64,000 nucleotides of DNA from Podarcis vaucheri. Its lineage: Eukaryota. Each line of letters begins with the position of its first letter. Position 1 is the first letter of the stretch. The position numbers were made by a program, and so were the translations under genes. The stretch is from assembly GCA_965113315.1 (NCBI GenBank), contig OZ220371.1. One strand, given 5' to 3'. Below are positions 52,184 through 64,000 of the stretch, in pieces. A model generated the notes under the pieces. It saw only the letters and a program-made list of their open reading frames with translations. It was not told the origin of the DNA and did not search any database.

Positions 52184-55100
52184 TACACTTATGGGTTCCA
52201 TATTGGTGGCCTCTGGTATAAACAGGGTGCCTAAGTATTAAACTTTATGGAATCATCGCATCATAGAAATGTTGTTCTGAAAACCCAAGATGATGTTTTT
52301 GCATCTCAACAGTGCCTCTCCTAGATCCTTAGCTAGCTTAACAGGCACTCCCAATTTGGATACCCCCATTTGCAAGATCACTATTGATTTCTTAATAGAA
52401 GATAAGTGAAATTTGGGGAAATAAATGATGAAGAGACTTTTAACAGGGCAAATATCTCACTGATTAAAATCTCAGTGAAATGGACAAGGAATGTAGCCAT
52501 ATGACAGCTGAGAAAGCTGGGTGGTAAATCAAAAGTGAAAACTGCCCCTGTTAGTTGACCCACAAAAACAATCTGGGGTAGAACAGCAAGTGAGATCAAT
52601 GAGCTATTTAGCCCTATCAAACAGAAACACTAACTTGTAAATGTAACCACCAAAAAGCTCAGGGGGATTATTCTGTGTTTCTCCCAGTCTCTGTGATCGC
52701 ATGACTGACACTGTCAGAGGTCTCAATGTTGTTCTTTTCTCCTTCTCTACCAATTCCCCAGGTTAGGTAGAAGAGTCAAGTTGACGTGGATCTGATGGTA
52801 GAATCGTAATTTAGATGCCTTCTCTGTGCTGGTAAAAACAGTGGCGTCTTTGTCCTAAAGGGATAATGTTAAACTAAGTTGTGTGGCTTTTTATAGAACA
52901 TACTGACCTGGCACAATGTTTTGTTTTCATATACGGTAGTGCTTTTCTAAGCACACAAAAAGTTTTATCCTAGTAGTCCTACAAATACCCCAGTACTAAT
53001 AGTATTACTGTAATTCTCCAATATTATTCACATACATTCACAACTGAGCTGAGATTTGAAATTTTACTTATATGACGTGACCCCAGGCAGCACTGTAGGA
53101 CTGTAGACTGGCCAGAAAAGGTCTGCACAATGAGCTCAACCATGTTGCTCATCTGTACTTTAGAAATCAAAAATTCTAAGATAAAAATTTGATGGACCTC
53201 TTAATCATGTGTAAGAACCAAAGGACCAGTTCAGCAAAGCCACATGGTTATGCCATTCCTGGATGGGATCATTTGAGGCTGCAAATCTTTTCCTTTCCGC
53301 TTCCGAAAGTACTCCACTCCATAAACAAGTGCATGCAAGGGAGAAGTGCTGTTAGCAAGGCCTTTATCTGATGTGCTAGTTTTCTACATGAGCATCAGAA
53401 GAAAGGAGAGGGACAAAAGTGAAAAGCAATAGGCATTTGACTATAGGCTGGGAAGAAGGAAAAGAAGGAGAGAATGGAGAGATTCAGGGGGATGGGAAAG
53501 GTTTATTAAAATGAAACTATCGTGGTGGGTGTTGTGCGTTATGTATTTCTAATGAAAATTCTTGTTCTCAAGGTTGTTTTTTTCATCCCCATCCCTGTCC
53601 TCTGGGTTCACCAACCTGCTATCAAACTCAGGGCAATGAAGCAGACTTGAAAAGTTCTGAAGTTCAAATGCCGTAAGTGGGGTATTAAATAATGGAAAAG
53701 AACTAGGCTCTTCACAAGGACATGTACAATTTTTTTAAATAAAAAAACAACCACTGCAGAAGCCACAAAAATGGCAGCACAGTTTCTGCAGGGTGTCAGA
53801 AAATGCATTACTACTAAGTGGCACAGCTCCAAATGAAATCTGTATGGGTCAGCTGCAGGTTAAGCTAACAAAAACAATAAAAAATTAAAATTGAACAATT
53901 ACAAAGCCCAAGAGCACTCAGGAGACAGAGTGATGGGTGGTTTCTCATGCAGACGAAAGGATCAATCCCAGCTCCTCTCCCTGGAGCTGATCTTTCAAAC
54001 CGTGAAGTAAAGTGTAGCTGTATTTTTCAAGAGGGAATGAGAAGCTCCCACTGAGTGGCATTTTGCCAAACCATCTGACTTCAGAATTGTCAGAGATGCT
54101 GGATTTCGCTAGTGAAAGATCCCACCCACCCCACCGTATGCTTTGGGGATACATGATTTCTTTGCATGACCTCCTGCAAGAATCATATTTTCCTTGCCTC
54201 TTCACTGTTTGTTCCTGGGTGAAGTTCTTTTTTACATAAACTAGCCTTCTACTTTTGAGTACATTATTAAGAATTTAAGCAGATCTGAACAAAAAAAGAG
54301 CTGCTTCTGAAGAAAGGAAGATTGTCCCTCTCAATAAATCAGAAGATGAAATCAAACTTGAGTATAATACTTTTGGAAATGCATTGGGCCAGTCTTCACC
54401 AACATGGTGCCCTCAAAATGTTTTGAACTGCAATCCCTATCAGCCCTAACCCATATGTGTTGTCTGGGGCTAATGGGAGTTGAAGTTCAAAACAACTGGA
54501 GGGCACTAGGTTTGCAAAGGTGCCAATAGGCCATTCAGAGCACAAGAAACTATAATAGCAGCTTTCATGCTAGGAAATCACTAAGCTTCTTAAGTGTTCA
54601 GAGATGTCAGGGGTAAGGAATGGAAGGCCCCGGGAACATTTGGAGCAATATGCCTTTCCTCACTTTCCCCAAAGGATGATTTACCACAGGCTGATAGCAT
54701 CACACTGAATATGCAAGATGAGGTAGAACCCTTACTTGGCTACATACAGCTTACAAGCTTACAATCGAATAAACCATGAGCAGAATTAGTTTGAAAAGCC
54801 TTGTAGAGCTTCCGGATAGAGATGCTTGCAAAATTGTTCCAAGTCACAATTTCTCCTTGGATTTTGGTATTACAAATTACCTGCAAGTGTTGCTAGCAAG
54901 GTGGCACAGATGCACTCTGCTATTCTGGTTTTGATTTCCAGACGGATGTGCTTATGCTCCAGGCCCTTCTGTTTATTCCTGTCATTCACCCCTCTCCAGG
55001 TTAAAATTGGCAGCAGTGCATGTGTGCATTGATAAAACACAGCTCAAAAAAGTAAAGCGCTTTGGAAGGCAGTGGGGGAAACCCACACAGAACACAGTGA

Positions 55101-55344
55101 AACTATGTAACAGAAACAGAACAAGTGCAGCGATCAACAAAATGTTTCCAAGGACTGTAGCATAGTGGCAGAGCAGCTGTTTTGCATACAGAAGGTCAAC
55201 TTCCTGCATCTGATGAAAACAGTATAAAACCTTCATAATAGTATACCTAACAGTACTTGTACTCATCTTTAAGTTAACAAGAAAAGGCCTCTGGGCTATA
55301 TTTAGTCCAAATTTCTGCTAGAACTGAAAGACTGATAGTATCTG

Positions 55345-55403
55345 AGACCAGCAGATATAGGGTGGTATATAAATTTAATAAATAATAATATAATAATAAT
55401 AAT
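55345..55403 (+). mobile_element. L2-type 3' end with (AAT)n tail
   Basis: ATAGGGTGGTATATAAATTTAATAAATAATAATA... Confidence 0.55.
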
Positions 55404-55424
55404 ATCAAAGTACCCCTGTAGCTA

Positions 55425-55788
55425 GGGACGCGGGTGGCGCTGTGGGCTAAAGCCTCAGCGCCTAGGGCTTGCCGATCGAAAGGTCGGCGGTTCGAATCCC
55501 CGCGGCGGGGTGCGCTCCCGCTGCTCGGTCCCAGCGCCTGCCCACCTAGCAGTTCGAAAGCACCTCCGGGGGCAAGTAGATAAATAGGTACCGCTTACCA
55601 GCGGGAAGGTAAACGGCGTTCCGTGTGCGGCTCTGGCTCGCCAGAGCAGCGTTGTCACGCTGGCCACGTGACCCGGAAGTGTCTTCGGACAGCGCTGGCC
55701 CCCGGCCTATAGATGTGAGATGGGCGCACAAACCCCAGAGTCTGTCAAGACTGGCCCGTTCGGGCAGGGGTACCTTTACCTTTACCTT
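55425..55788 (+). mobile_element. Full-length Sauria SINE (young, CpG-rich)
   Basis: Head GGGACGCGGGTGGCGCTGTGG (A box) and GGTTCGAATCC (B box); (ACCTTT)n tail; perfect 14-bp TSD TACCCCTGTAGCTA at 55411-55424 and 55789-55802. Confidence 0.95.
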
Positions 55789-57425
55789 TACCCCTGTAGC
55801 TAAGGGCTGGAGACAGAGTAGCAAACTGCTAGACTACACCCAGGGTATCCCCCCCCCCCCAGTTTTAGCATGGGCTGAATGTCTTAAAATGAAAAGCTGT
55901 CTTTAATTCTGCTCTTCATAAATGAGGACTGTCCAGTCAGTAACTGACCCTGCCTCTTCTGACTGCTTTGTACCAGTCCAAACGTGCATGTCAGTGCCAC
56001 AATACAGGGAGCTGCAAAAAGCTGTAAAAAGCTGGTTGTGATCTAGTAAGCTCCTTTCTTCTTAATCAACCTTCGGTTCTTCATAAAACCTTGTGGCTGT
56101 GAGTAAAAGCAGCAACAGGTAAGGATGTCTGGGAACAACCATAATTGATGGCCAAAATCAATATTCTGTTTAGCAAGTCAACTGGTCATGGAATAACCTT
56201 GTCCCACTGGAGTACTATGCAATTCTCTGGGAATGCACATTCCTAACTAATTAAACCTTAAGGATAAACAATGACTCTGGGCATGAACTATTTCTCCTTC
56301 TCATCTAATGAGTAATTGCAATTGTAATATGGATGTATTAAAATATTATATATTAAAATATCAGAAACATATCTATTTTTAGGAGATTTTTCATTAAGAA
56401 ATATCCCTAAACCTAGTGCAAAACACGGTGATGTATTCCTCTCCCTGGCTTGTCATATGGTGTTCCACATGTTGACCCAAGACACACTAGCTTGTCACCA
56501 GGATTCCAAGAAGTCGTTTGTTACTGTGACACCCCTCATTTAAGATCAACATGTACATGTCTGCTGTTTCCACTGAGATGATTTGTTAATGCTGCCATTT
56601 TCTGACTTTGTGTCAAATGTCCTCTACTGTAACACGTGCATTCTTGGTGTCTGATTTGCTTATATTCCCCCAAACCTTTTACCACTTTGTTTCCTCCTTG
56701 CACCAGTTTAGTGTTCATTATAAGGTCAGTATAATGTCATAATTCGGGCAAGTGTTTTATTGGAGTTCCATTTGGTATGTTCATGCATCTAGCCTTAACA
56801 CAAACCACCATATATTCCTTCAGAAGGTTGTTGGAAGTTGGTGGCTGGAGACAGATAATGCTGGTGTAAGCATAGGATTTGGGATTCTTTTCCTGAAACT
56901 AACATTATGTGTTACTCTTTCTCCTTTATATTGTGTTTTCAAACTTAGCCATATATACATTTAAAAACTTGTATCAGTCCCTATTTTTTTAAAAAAAGAT
57001 CTGTCTTGCTGCTTTGTTTTGTTTCACTCTGCTTTACAATTTGCAGCAGAATTAATTAGATACTTCATTATAAATTAAATAGGCATATACTTCCCTCTAC
57101 TCAAAATGGACTTAGCTTCTTTGTCACTGGTTGGCAACCTTCCTAAAGCAATTCTTAATATGAATACTGCTAAGTGGTTAAGAGAGCATTGCAAACAATG
57201 ACTGAAGAAACAAGTCTCTTCGTTTATTTAAAGATCAAAGTGGGTTCCAACAGAATAAAACATGAACTTTTTAAAAAACCACATATGAAAAATACAACAC
57301 GTCACACACCACATTTAAGCACAGCACAATAAAATAATAATAATCAGTGGCAGCAGCAACAACACTGCCACCACCATGCCTACTTAGCAGTTATCGCTTT
57401 CCAGAACAGTTAAACTTTGCAGCTA

Positions 57426-57666
57426 CAGTGGTACCTCGGGTTACATATGCTTCAGGTTACATACGCTTCAGGTTACAGACCCTGCTAACCCAGAAATAGT
57501 ACCTCGGGTTAAGAACTTTGTTTCAGGATGAGAACAAAAATTGTGCTCCGGCGGCGTGGCGGCAGCGGGAGGTCCCATTAGCTAAAATGGTGCTTCAGGT
57601 TAAGAACAGTTTCAGGTTAAGAACGACCTCCGGAACGAATTAAGTACTTAACCCGAGGTACCACTA
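57426..57666 (+). mobile_element. Tc1/pogo MITE, family A copy 3
   Basis: TA|CAGTGGTACCTCGGGTTA ... TAACCCGAGGTACCACTA|TA; colinear with 28858-29102. Confidence 0.92.
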
Positions 57667-58049
57667 TACTTCTAGAAAAGTAACAGAACAGAGCAGGTCT
57701 AGACCTCATAAAACAATTCTTTCAACCCCTTAGGACAATTGTAGGACAATTGTGATTCTCCAATTGTGGAGAATCTCTGGCCCACAGGCTGAATGCAGCC
57801 CCTGCCTCAAGACCTTTCTATCCAGTCTTCAGAACTCTCCCAGATCATATCCCATCTCCCCAGGCCAGGTCCCTCATCTGTCCTCCAATCCCTCTTGGAG
57901 AACCTTGGAGAACCTCAGCTGTGAGAAAGCCTCTTGTCTGTGTGGATGGAGTAAGTATAGTATTCTCACCCAACGTGGTGCCCCCCACCTGTTTTTTTGG
58001 ACTACAGATCCCAAACAACTGGGTGGCATCAGGTTGCAAAAGGATGGTG

Positions 58050-58400
58050 TATTTTATTATTTTATTTATTTACTTAGAAGCATTTATAAGTCACTTAATA
58101 CTTTAAAAAATATCTTCAACAAATAGAACAAAGTTAGAACAAAAATATAGCAATAAAGCAGTATAAAAGCATATAAAAGCAGGAACTCATAGAATTAAAA
58201 ATAAAAACAGGGTCCAAACTTATGGGTCAGGGCAAAACATCCATCTTTACAAGACATCTGAAGCAATGCATGGTTGCAGCTTCACATATGGCAGAGGGAA
58301 GGGAAATCCATTGTACAAGCAGAAAAGGCCCATCCAATGATATTCTACAGAGTAGGGTACCACAAGGAGAATTTCCCCAGATGATCTCAGTGATCTTACA
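58050..58400 (-). mobile_element. Old L2 3' fragment
   Basis: (TTTA)n tail, CATTTATAAGTCACTT, and GGAAGGGAAATCCA...GCAGAAAAGGCCC (antisense RAFS..W motif). Confidence 0.5.
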
Positions 58401-61199
58401 GGTCTATTGCCATTGTTGACTGCCAGTGCCTACCCAAGATTTGAAGCAGGGGACATTGGGCAAACCTTAAAGCTAGAATAAGGTACATGGATGTGAAGTG
58501 ATCTAGAATATGTTAACACAAATAGCATTCCTAGTTCCACCCCAGTTTTCAAAAGGGATAATAAAGTATGTGTCGAGTACAAGAAAGGCTCATTTTACCC
58601 AAAGCAGCATCCTTCCCCAGGAAGCTCATTACTACTGAAGCACCACCTCCCTTGAGCAGGACAATGCAAACATGAATTCACCTTTCAATCACATCTCTAG
58701 GTTAATGACACTGAGTAATAGCACATTAGCAAAGTGCCATTCCAGACACTAGGCAGGCATGCCAAATAGATAATCTGACAATCGTTTCAGATTCATTTTC
58801 CATGAACAGAAACACTGTTAGGGCTTATTAACTGGCACATCTGCACACAGAGCAATGTGGAGCACAGGGGCTCAATTACAAGCAGTAATCTCTCTCATTA
58901 ATATAATTTATAAGGATATTTGGCTTGTTCTACTGTTGTAAACCATTTTTTAAAAAATGCTCTCGCCCAACAATATTCTAGCTTATATGCACTAATTGTA
59001 CGGAGAGCCAAGTAATATGAAGCTGTAGCAATTTTGGTTTTTTAAAAAATCACCCCCCACACAGCCATTATGTACACTCCAATGTTAAAATGAGTAGGAC
59101 CGGCTTTGTCACTGAATAAAGGTTGGTTAGCTGCACTGAATTTGTACTTAATACTGGACTGACTTGTCGAATGTACATCTGCAGCTGACATAATCCTTGT
59201 GTGTTCTGGTGACTGACATTTTCCTTTGCCAAGTGCCATATTTGAAAAGATCCCATGTCCAACCTCCGCTATCTCCATGTAGCGATGCAAAGACCAGGAG
59301 CAGCTGGTAGGGAGGGCTTGTCATCACAGACTCATCTTCCCAGCAGTGGCATCATTGCAGCTTACTGGGATAGTATGAGAGTACAACAGGGCAGTGATCA
59401 GGTTGGGGTGATTTAGGCACATGGCAGGAGTGCCAGATGGATTCTGCCAGTACACCCACCCTACCCAAGACACATCAATACCCTGCCCCACCCCATCACA
59501 GTATCTGCCTGTGATGCTGCTGCTAGGTGGCCAAATCAGTAGTGGTGCCCTCCTGATTGGTGCTCCTGCAGAACAATCCTGTTTAAAATTCAGGGGAACT
59601 GTTGGGCATTATCCAAATTTAACAAACAAACAAACAACAGCAACATGACCAGGTTTGTGGTCATGCTCTCTTAATGGTCATGCTCTCTCAACATGACCAG
59701 GTTTGTGGTTGGTGAACCAGACCAATGAGGATGCTCTGCAACTAACAGGGGAAGGGGTTTTGAGATAAGGAAATGTATGTCAAGGTTCCTTGGTATTCTT
59801 TGCTTAATATTATATTGGGCAGAAGGAACAAAGGAAAACCTGCATTTATCTGTTTGTTTTGTCAGGGAACTAGAACTTGCACAATGCACAAGGTCAGTCT
59901 GGTTCAACTCCTCAGATAGCACTGGGATACAGCAACGTGTGATCGTTCCCTTGTAGCTAAGGTTACAAATAAAGCTGGGTTTATTTAGTTTTATTTGATC
60001 TTATTGTTTTTAATCATTACTGTATTTACAGAAACAAAATGTCTTAAAAGAACAGATGCCTTTCCAGTCCTACATTTTCATGTCTTGTATAGCAAGATAC
60101 AATTGGGTTTGCTTGTCAAATAAGGCTCATAACATTAGTCCTACTATTCAGCTGCCCACCCTGGCATCCGCTTGCGGAATCCTTTGGTAAGAACAACTTC
60201 CCTGCCTATTACACCCAATCCCATTTCAGTTCCTCTGGAATTTAAAACTTTCCGCAGACAGGGAAAAAGTCACACAGAGTCTATTTCTAATTCTCCTGAG
60301 CTAACTGTGCTAGTTGGTCCCTTTAGGTAGGCCTCATTCATGGCATTGGCTACCTGTTGCGGCTTTTTCTGGGCAATAGAGCACACTCTTCCAAGCCTCT
60401 GCTGGAATCTTAATAGTTTGTGCTGCCACTGCTTGAATGCACCCAGCAGAGGTCTCTTCATGGTGCTGCAAGCAGCTTGCAGCCTGATTGATCACCCATG
60501 CTGTGCAGAGAAGTCATACTGGTAAATTTATTGCACTCCAAAGAACAAGGCCAACAACTTCTCCCCTAATCCTTTCCACTTCTGACTGTATTATTATGAG
60601 CCACAGGACTGATAGGTGTGCTTCCATGCACCTTCTATTGTGAAGGACTACAACTTATTCCAGCTGTTCCACTGTACTAGATCAGTGACATTAAGCTTGC
60701 ATAATTGCAGTGGCATAATTTTAGATCCTGACAGAAGCAATATGCCCCCATCATCTGCTGCTCTCTGTATTTGGAGTCCTCTTGTGCTGTGGGGCTCTGG
60801 CCTTTGGATCCAAGTTCCAGCTCTAGCTGCATCAGATATATATTATTCTAAAAATATAATATATAATGTTGTTTCCTCAGTGAAATAAGACCTAAGGAGA
60901 CATATTCTTGAAAAATGTAATGTCACCATACAAAATATACATAAATTTTGCAGGTGGATGGGGTGGGAATTGCTAGCAAGAGAATTGATTCCAACCTGCT
61001 GATGCTTATGGATCTTTCCAATGAAAAACCATATAGATTTTGCATCACACTGCAATGGTTTTTTTTCAATGCAGAAACTATTCTGCAGAAGAAGTATGTT
61101 ATCTTAAACCAGTATCATATATCAGTGTCAGCAGCTGGTGCAAATTCTATTGTTAATTCCTCACCAATTAATCAAACAGCTACTAATCCAAACAGATTT

Positions 61200-61588
61200 C
61201 CCTTCAACCACCTGGATTTTATTAATGTTTACATTTTACAGACCAATTCACAATTATGTAAACCACAGCCATCCTTTGAAATCCACACCTATCTGAATAT
61301 GGAAATGTAGTTCTCCAACCAAGCAATGTGTACAAAACTGCATATGATGGGGTAAAGCATCTATTTTAAAAATGCACGTACTAGTAAAAACATACAAAAT
61401 GCATTACATTATGGAAAATATGCAAAATTGCTTACAAACCTATCTAGATTAGGGAAAACTTGCACTAAAATTATGATACATTTTTATGAGGACTTCAAAA
61501 AAATGGAAACTGATGGGGAGATGTGGAAAACTAAATTTTAAGATTGAAAAAATGAGAAACTGAAACCAAAAGATTTGCCCAACCCTAG
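61200..61588. mobile_element. Old AT-rich non-autonomous DNA element (hAT-like, ends GCCCAACCCTA)
   Basis: AAAATGCA-rich interior and a TAGGG-type terminus. Similar degenerate pieces at ~5680-5800, ~30780-30930 and ~38260-38520. Confidence 0.45.
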
Positions 61589-61673
61589 TTCCCTATAAGG
61601 ATTGCTTCCACACACTTGTACTTAATATGAGGGGAAAGGGGAAAGGTAGCTACATACTATGATACCATCATAG

Positions 61674-62031
61674 GAAGGACGCGAGTGGCGCTGTGGTCTA
61701 AACCACTGAGCCTAGGGCTTGCTGATTGGAAGATCGGTAGTTTGAATCCCCGCGACGGGGTGAGCTCCTGTTGCTCGGCCCCTGCTTCTGCCACCTAGCA
61801 GTTAGAAAGCACAAAGTACAAGTAGATAAATAGGTACCACTTCGGCGGGAAGGTAAACTGTGTTTCTGTGCGCTGCTCTGGTTCACCAGAAGTCGCTTAG
61901 TAATGGTGGCCACATGACCCGGAAGCTGTCTGTGGGCAAATGCCGGCTTCCTCGACCTATAGAGCGAGATGAGCACACAACCCCAGAGTCATCCGCAACT
62001 GGACCTAACGGTCAGGGGTACCTTTACCTTT
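61674..62031 (+). mobile_element. Full-length Sauria SINE (older copy)
   Basis: Colinear with 55425-55788; ACCTTT tail; 11-bp TSD TACCATCATAG at 61663-61673 and 62032-62042. Confidence 0.93.
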
Positions 62032-63558
62032 TACCATCATAGATAGTTAAGACCCTCAGCTTGCTTAAAAACAAAACAAAAAAACCTTATCAAAATTTCC
62101 TCTGCTAAAAAGCCTCCCTGCAGCATTTTCCAGAAAGCTACTTTAATTATTCCAATTTTGAGTTTTTGCTTCGTCACAGCTGCTCTGCTCACTTCTCAAT
62201 GCTGTATATGAATGTTTTCTGTAACTTACATTCCTGAAGGAAAGCGCATGGTCAACCATCTACATGACAAGCCTTAAAATATCCTAGTTTTAACTACACA
62301 GTGGTGTGTGAGGAATAAAAATATTTCTGCAGTATCTGGATGACAAGAAAATGTTGCTGCTGCTTCAAAGGGAATGATCTTGTGCAAAGGTGCTGTACTG
62401 GGATTTGAGAAGCTCAGGCACAATTCCTCAGTTTGCCAAGGAATTCCCATATGACTCTGAGCAGGTCTAAGCAATTTATTGCAGCAGTTTCAGTGGCTGC
62501 ATTTTACAAACATTTATCTTAAGACTCATGTTGCCAGATATGTACACCTGTCGTTCGGTCATTCTTGACAGTAAAATAGACACAGGTCTTAACATTAAAA
62601 ATATTGTACCAGTAGCAGTTTTCTGCACAAGAATCACATAGACCAAATGTCAAACAACCAGCTCTTAAATTAGATTACAGACTTTCAGATGCATTTGCCA
62701 AATAACAATACATGTAATGAATAGGCAAATAATATAGTGTTCATTAAAAACCCACTTGCCAAAAATAAATGGTCCTTTCTACATTTGTTCAATTGTTTTA
62801 TTTCTACAATTTATATCCCATCTTTCAGGCACTCCCTTCATCTGGCTTACAACAGCCAATGTTGAAAACATAGCAAGCTAAGAGACAGCAGCATAAAACT
62901 AGCTTAAAATATTTTGCCAGCCATTCAGTAGCCAACCTTCCACCAAATGCCAAGTGAAACAAGTATGTCTTAACTCTTAGCACACTTAAACAAAAGTTGC
63001 CAGTACAAGCTACAACTTAGTTATAAATATGTTCAGCCCAATTCTGCCAATATCTCACCAGAACACAATTATCTTTTTTTCACCACTGCAAATAGTTCTC
63101 TCTCTCTTTTACCATACTCAGATTATTGCTTTGCATTGTTGCCTTATTTAGAAAGACTTGTTGTCTCCTGGCCCTGCCGTCACGCCTTCCTCAGCTACTG
63201 TGAGTAAACTAGGATTATAAAGCACACGCAATCAAAACATACTTATATACACATGTGGATAAAAGTAGAAATATCACTGGCATTCTTCAACAGTGTGGTT
63301 TTCCAAGGCCCTCCTCGTGTGCTTTAAAGTTTTCACTGCCCCATTGGGCTGAGAGTGCCTGCTTGTCTTGGAGCAGAGTTTGCTTAGAGAATGTCTCATG
63401 GCCAGGATGATTTCATGCCTCATTAGTCTTGCCCTGACGCAAATCATGGAAAGAAGTTTTGAGAGCCAACAATTCAAAGCATATGTGGAGGCTGTTTGTG
63501 CTGTGGGTGGGTGGGGGGAAATGAGTGAACTAAGCCAGACTGAGTGGTAAATGGATAT

Positions 63559-63560
<2 letters not shown>

Positions 63561-63596
<36 letters not shown>
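63561..63596. repeat. (GT)n microsatellite
   Basis: Seen directly. Confidence 0.95.
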
Positions 63597-63598
<2 letters not shown>

Positions 63599-64000
63599 AA
63601 AGAGAGGGAAATAATTGAGACATGCTATGTGTATTCCTTGGGTCCTTAAAGTCTGAGCAGTCATCTGAAGGAGCAACAGCTGTTTACCTAAAGCAAGAGC
63701 AGTCAAGGTGGTACCTCTAGATGTTGATGAACTTCAACTCCCATCATCCTTGACATTTGGCCATGCTGGCTGGAGGTGATGGGAGTTGGAGCCCACAATA
63801 TCTGGAGTGCACCACCTTAGCTGCTTCTGACCTAGAACAGAGTCACCATCATTATATTGCTATTGCTCCTGTTCTGAAATATGAGGTCTGTTTTCTGTAC
63901 CATCTTACCTACAACTTTTCTCTAATAGTTGTTGAATTAATCAGATGGTGTTTGAAGGTATATGTTGGTTGCCACCTTACAGTCAACACTATACTTGCAT

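Noticed and set aside
55210-55235. CTGATGA...AAA as a hammerhead core (also ~25308)
   Set aside because: No stem II or flanking helices can be formed.
55425-55510. tRNA gene (A and B boxes)
   Set aside because: It is the head of a Sauria SINE with body, tail and TSD.
55425-55790. CpG island / promoter
   Set aside because: The CpG richness is confined to a young SINE.
1-64000. Endogenous virus, NUMT or prokaryotic contamination
   Set aside because: No long ORFs or viral, mitochondrial or bacterial protein motifs; the repeat landscape is consistently squamate.

Overview
AT-rich, CpG-depleted vertebrate non-coding DNA. The repeat content (two full-length Sauria SINEs with (ACCTTT)n tails, squamate L2/CR1/Rex1/RTE/BovB fragments, many hAT and Tc1/pogo MITEs) points to a squamate reptile, probably a lacertid lizard (inference). 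I could not support any host protein-coding exon, rRNA, tRNA gene or CRISPR array. The ORFs with recognisable homology are retrotransposon remnants; the rest look like chance ORFs. The window looks like a large intron or gene desert with repeat-free, TF-motif-rich blocks that may be enhancers. The best-supported structures are: (i) a three-layer LINE stack at 12.7-14.4 kb (RTE-X inside an L1 tail inside an L2, with a perfect 13-bp TSD); (ii) a second three-layer stack at 31.9-32.2 kb (BovB inside a palindromic MITE inside a SINE); (iii) hAT MITEs whose termini resemble the horizontally transferred OC1 and SPIN families; (iv) a hairpin-associated templated-insertion scar at 59.65 kb; and (v) an RTE copy that keeps its 5' end. 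I see no evidence of a new multi-gene system. TE family names are from recall, not a database search, and most boundaries without TSDs are approximate.
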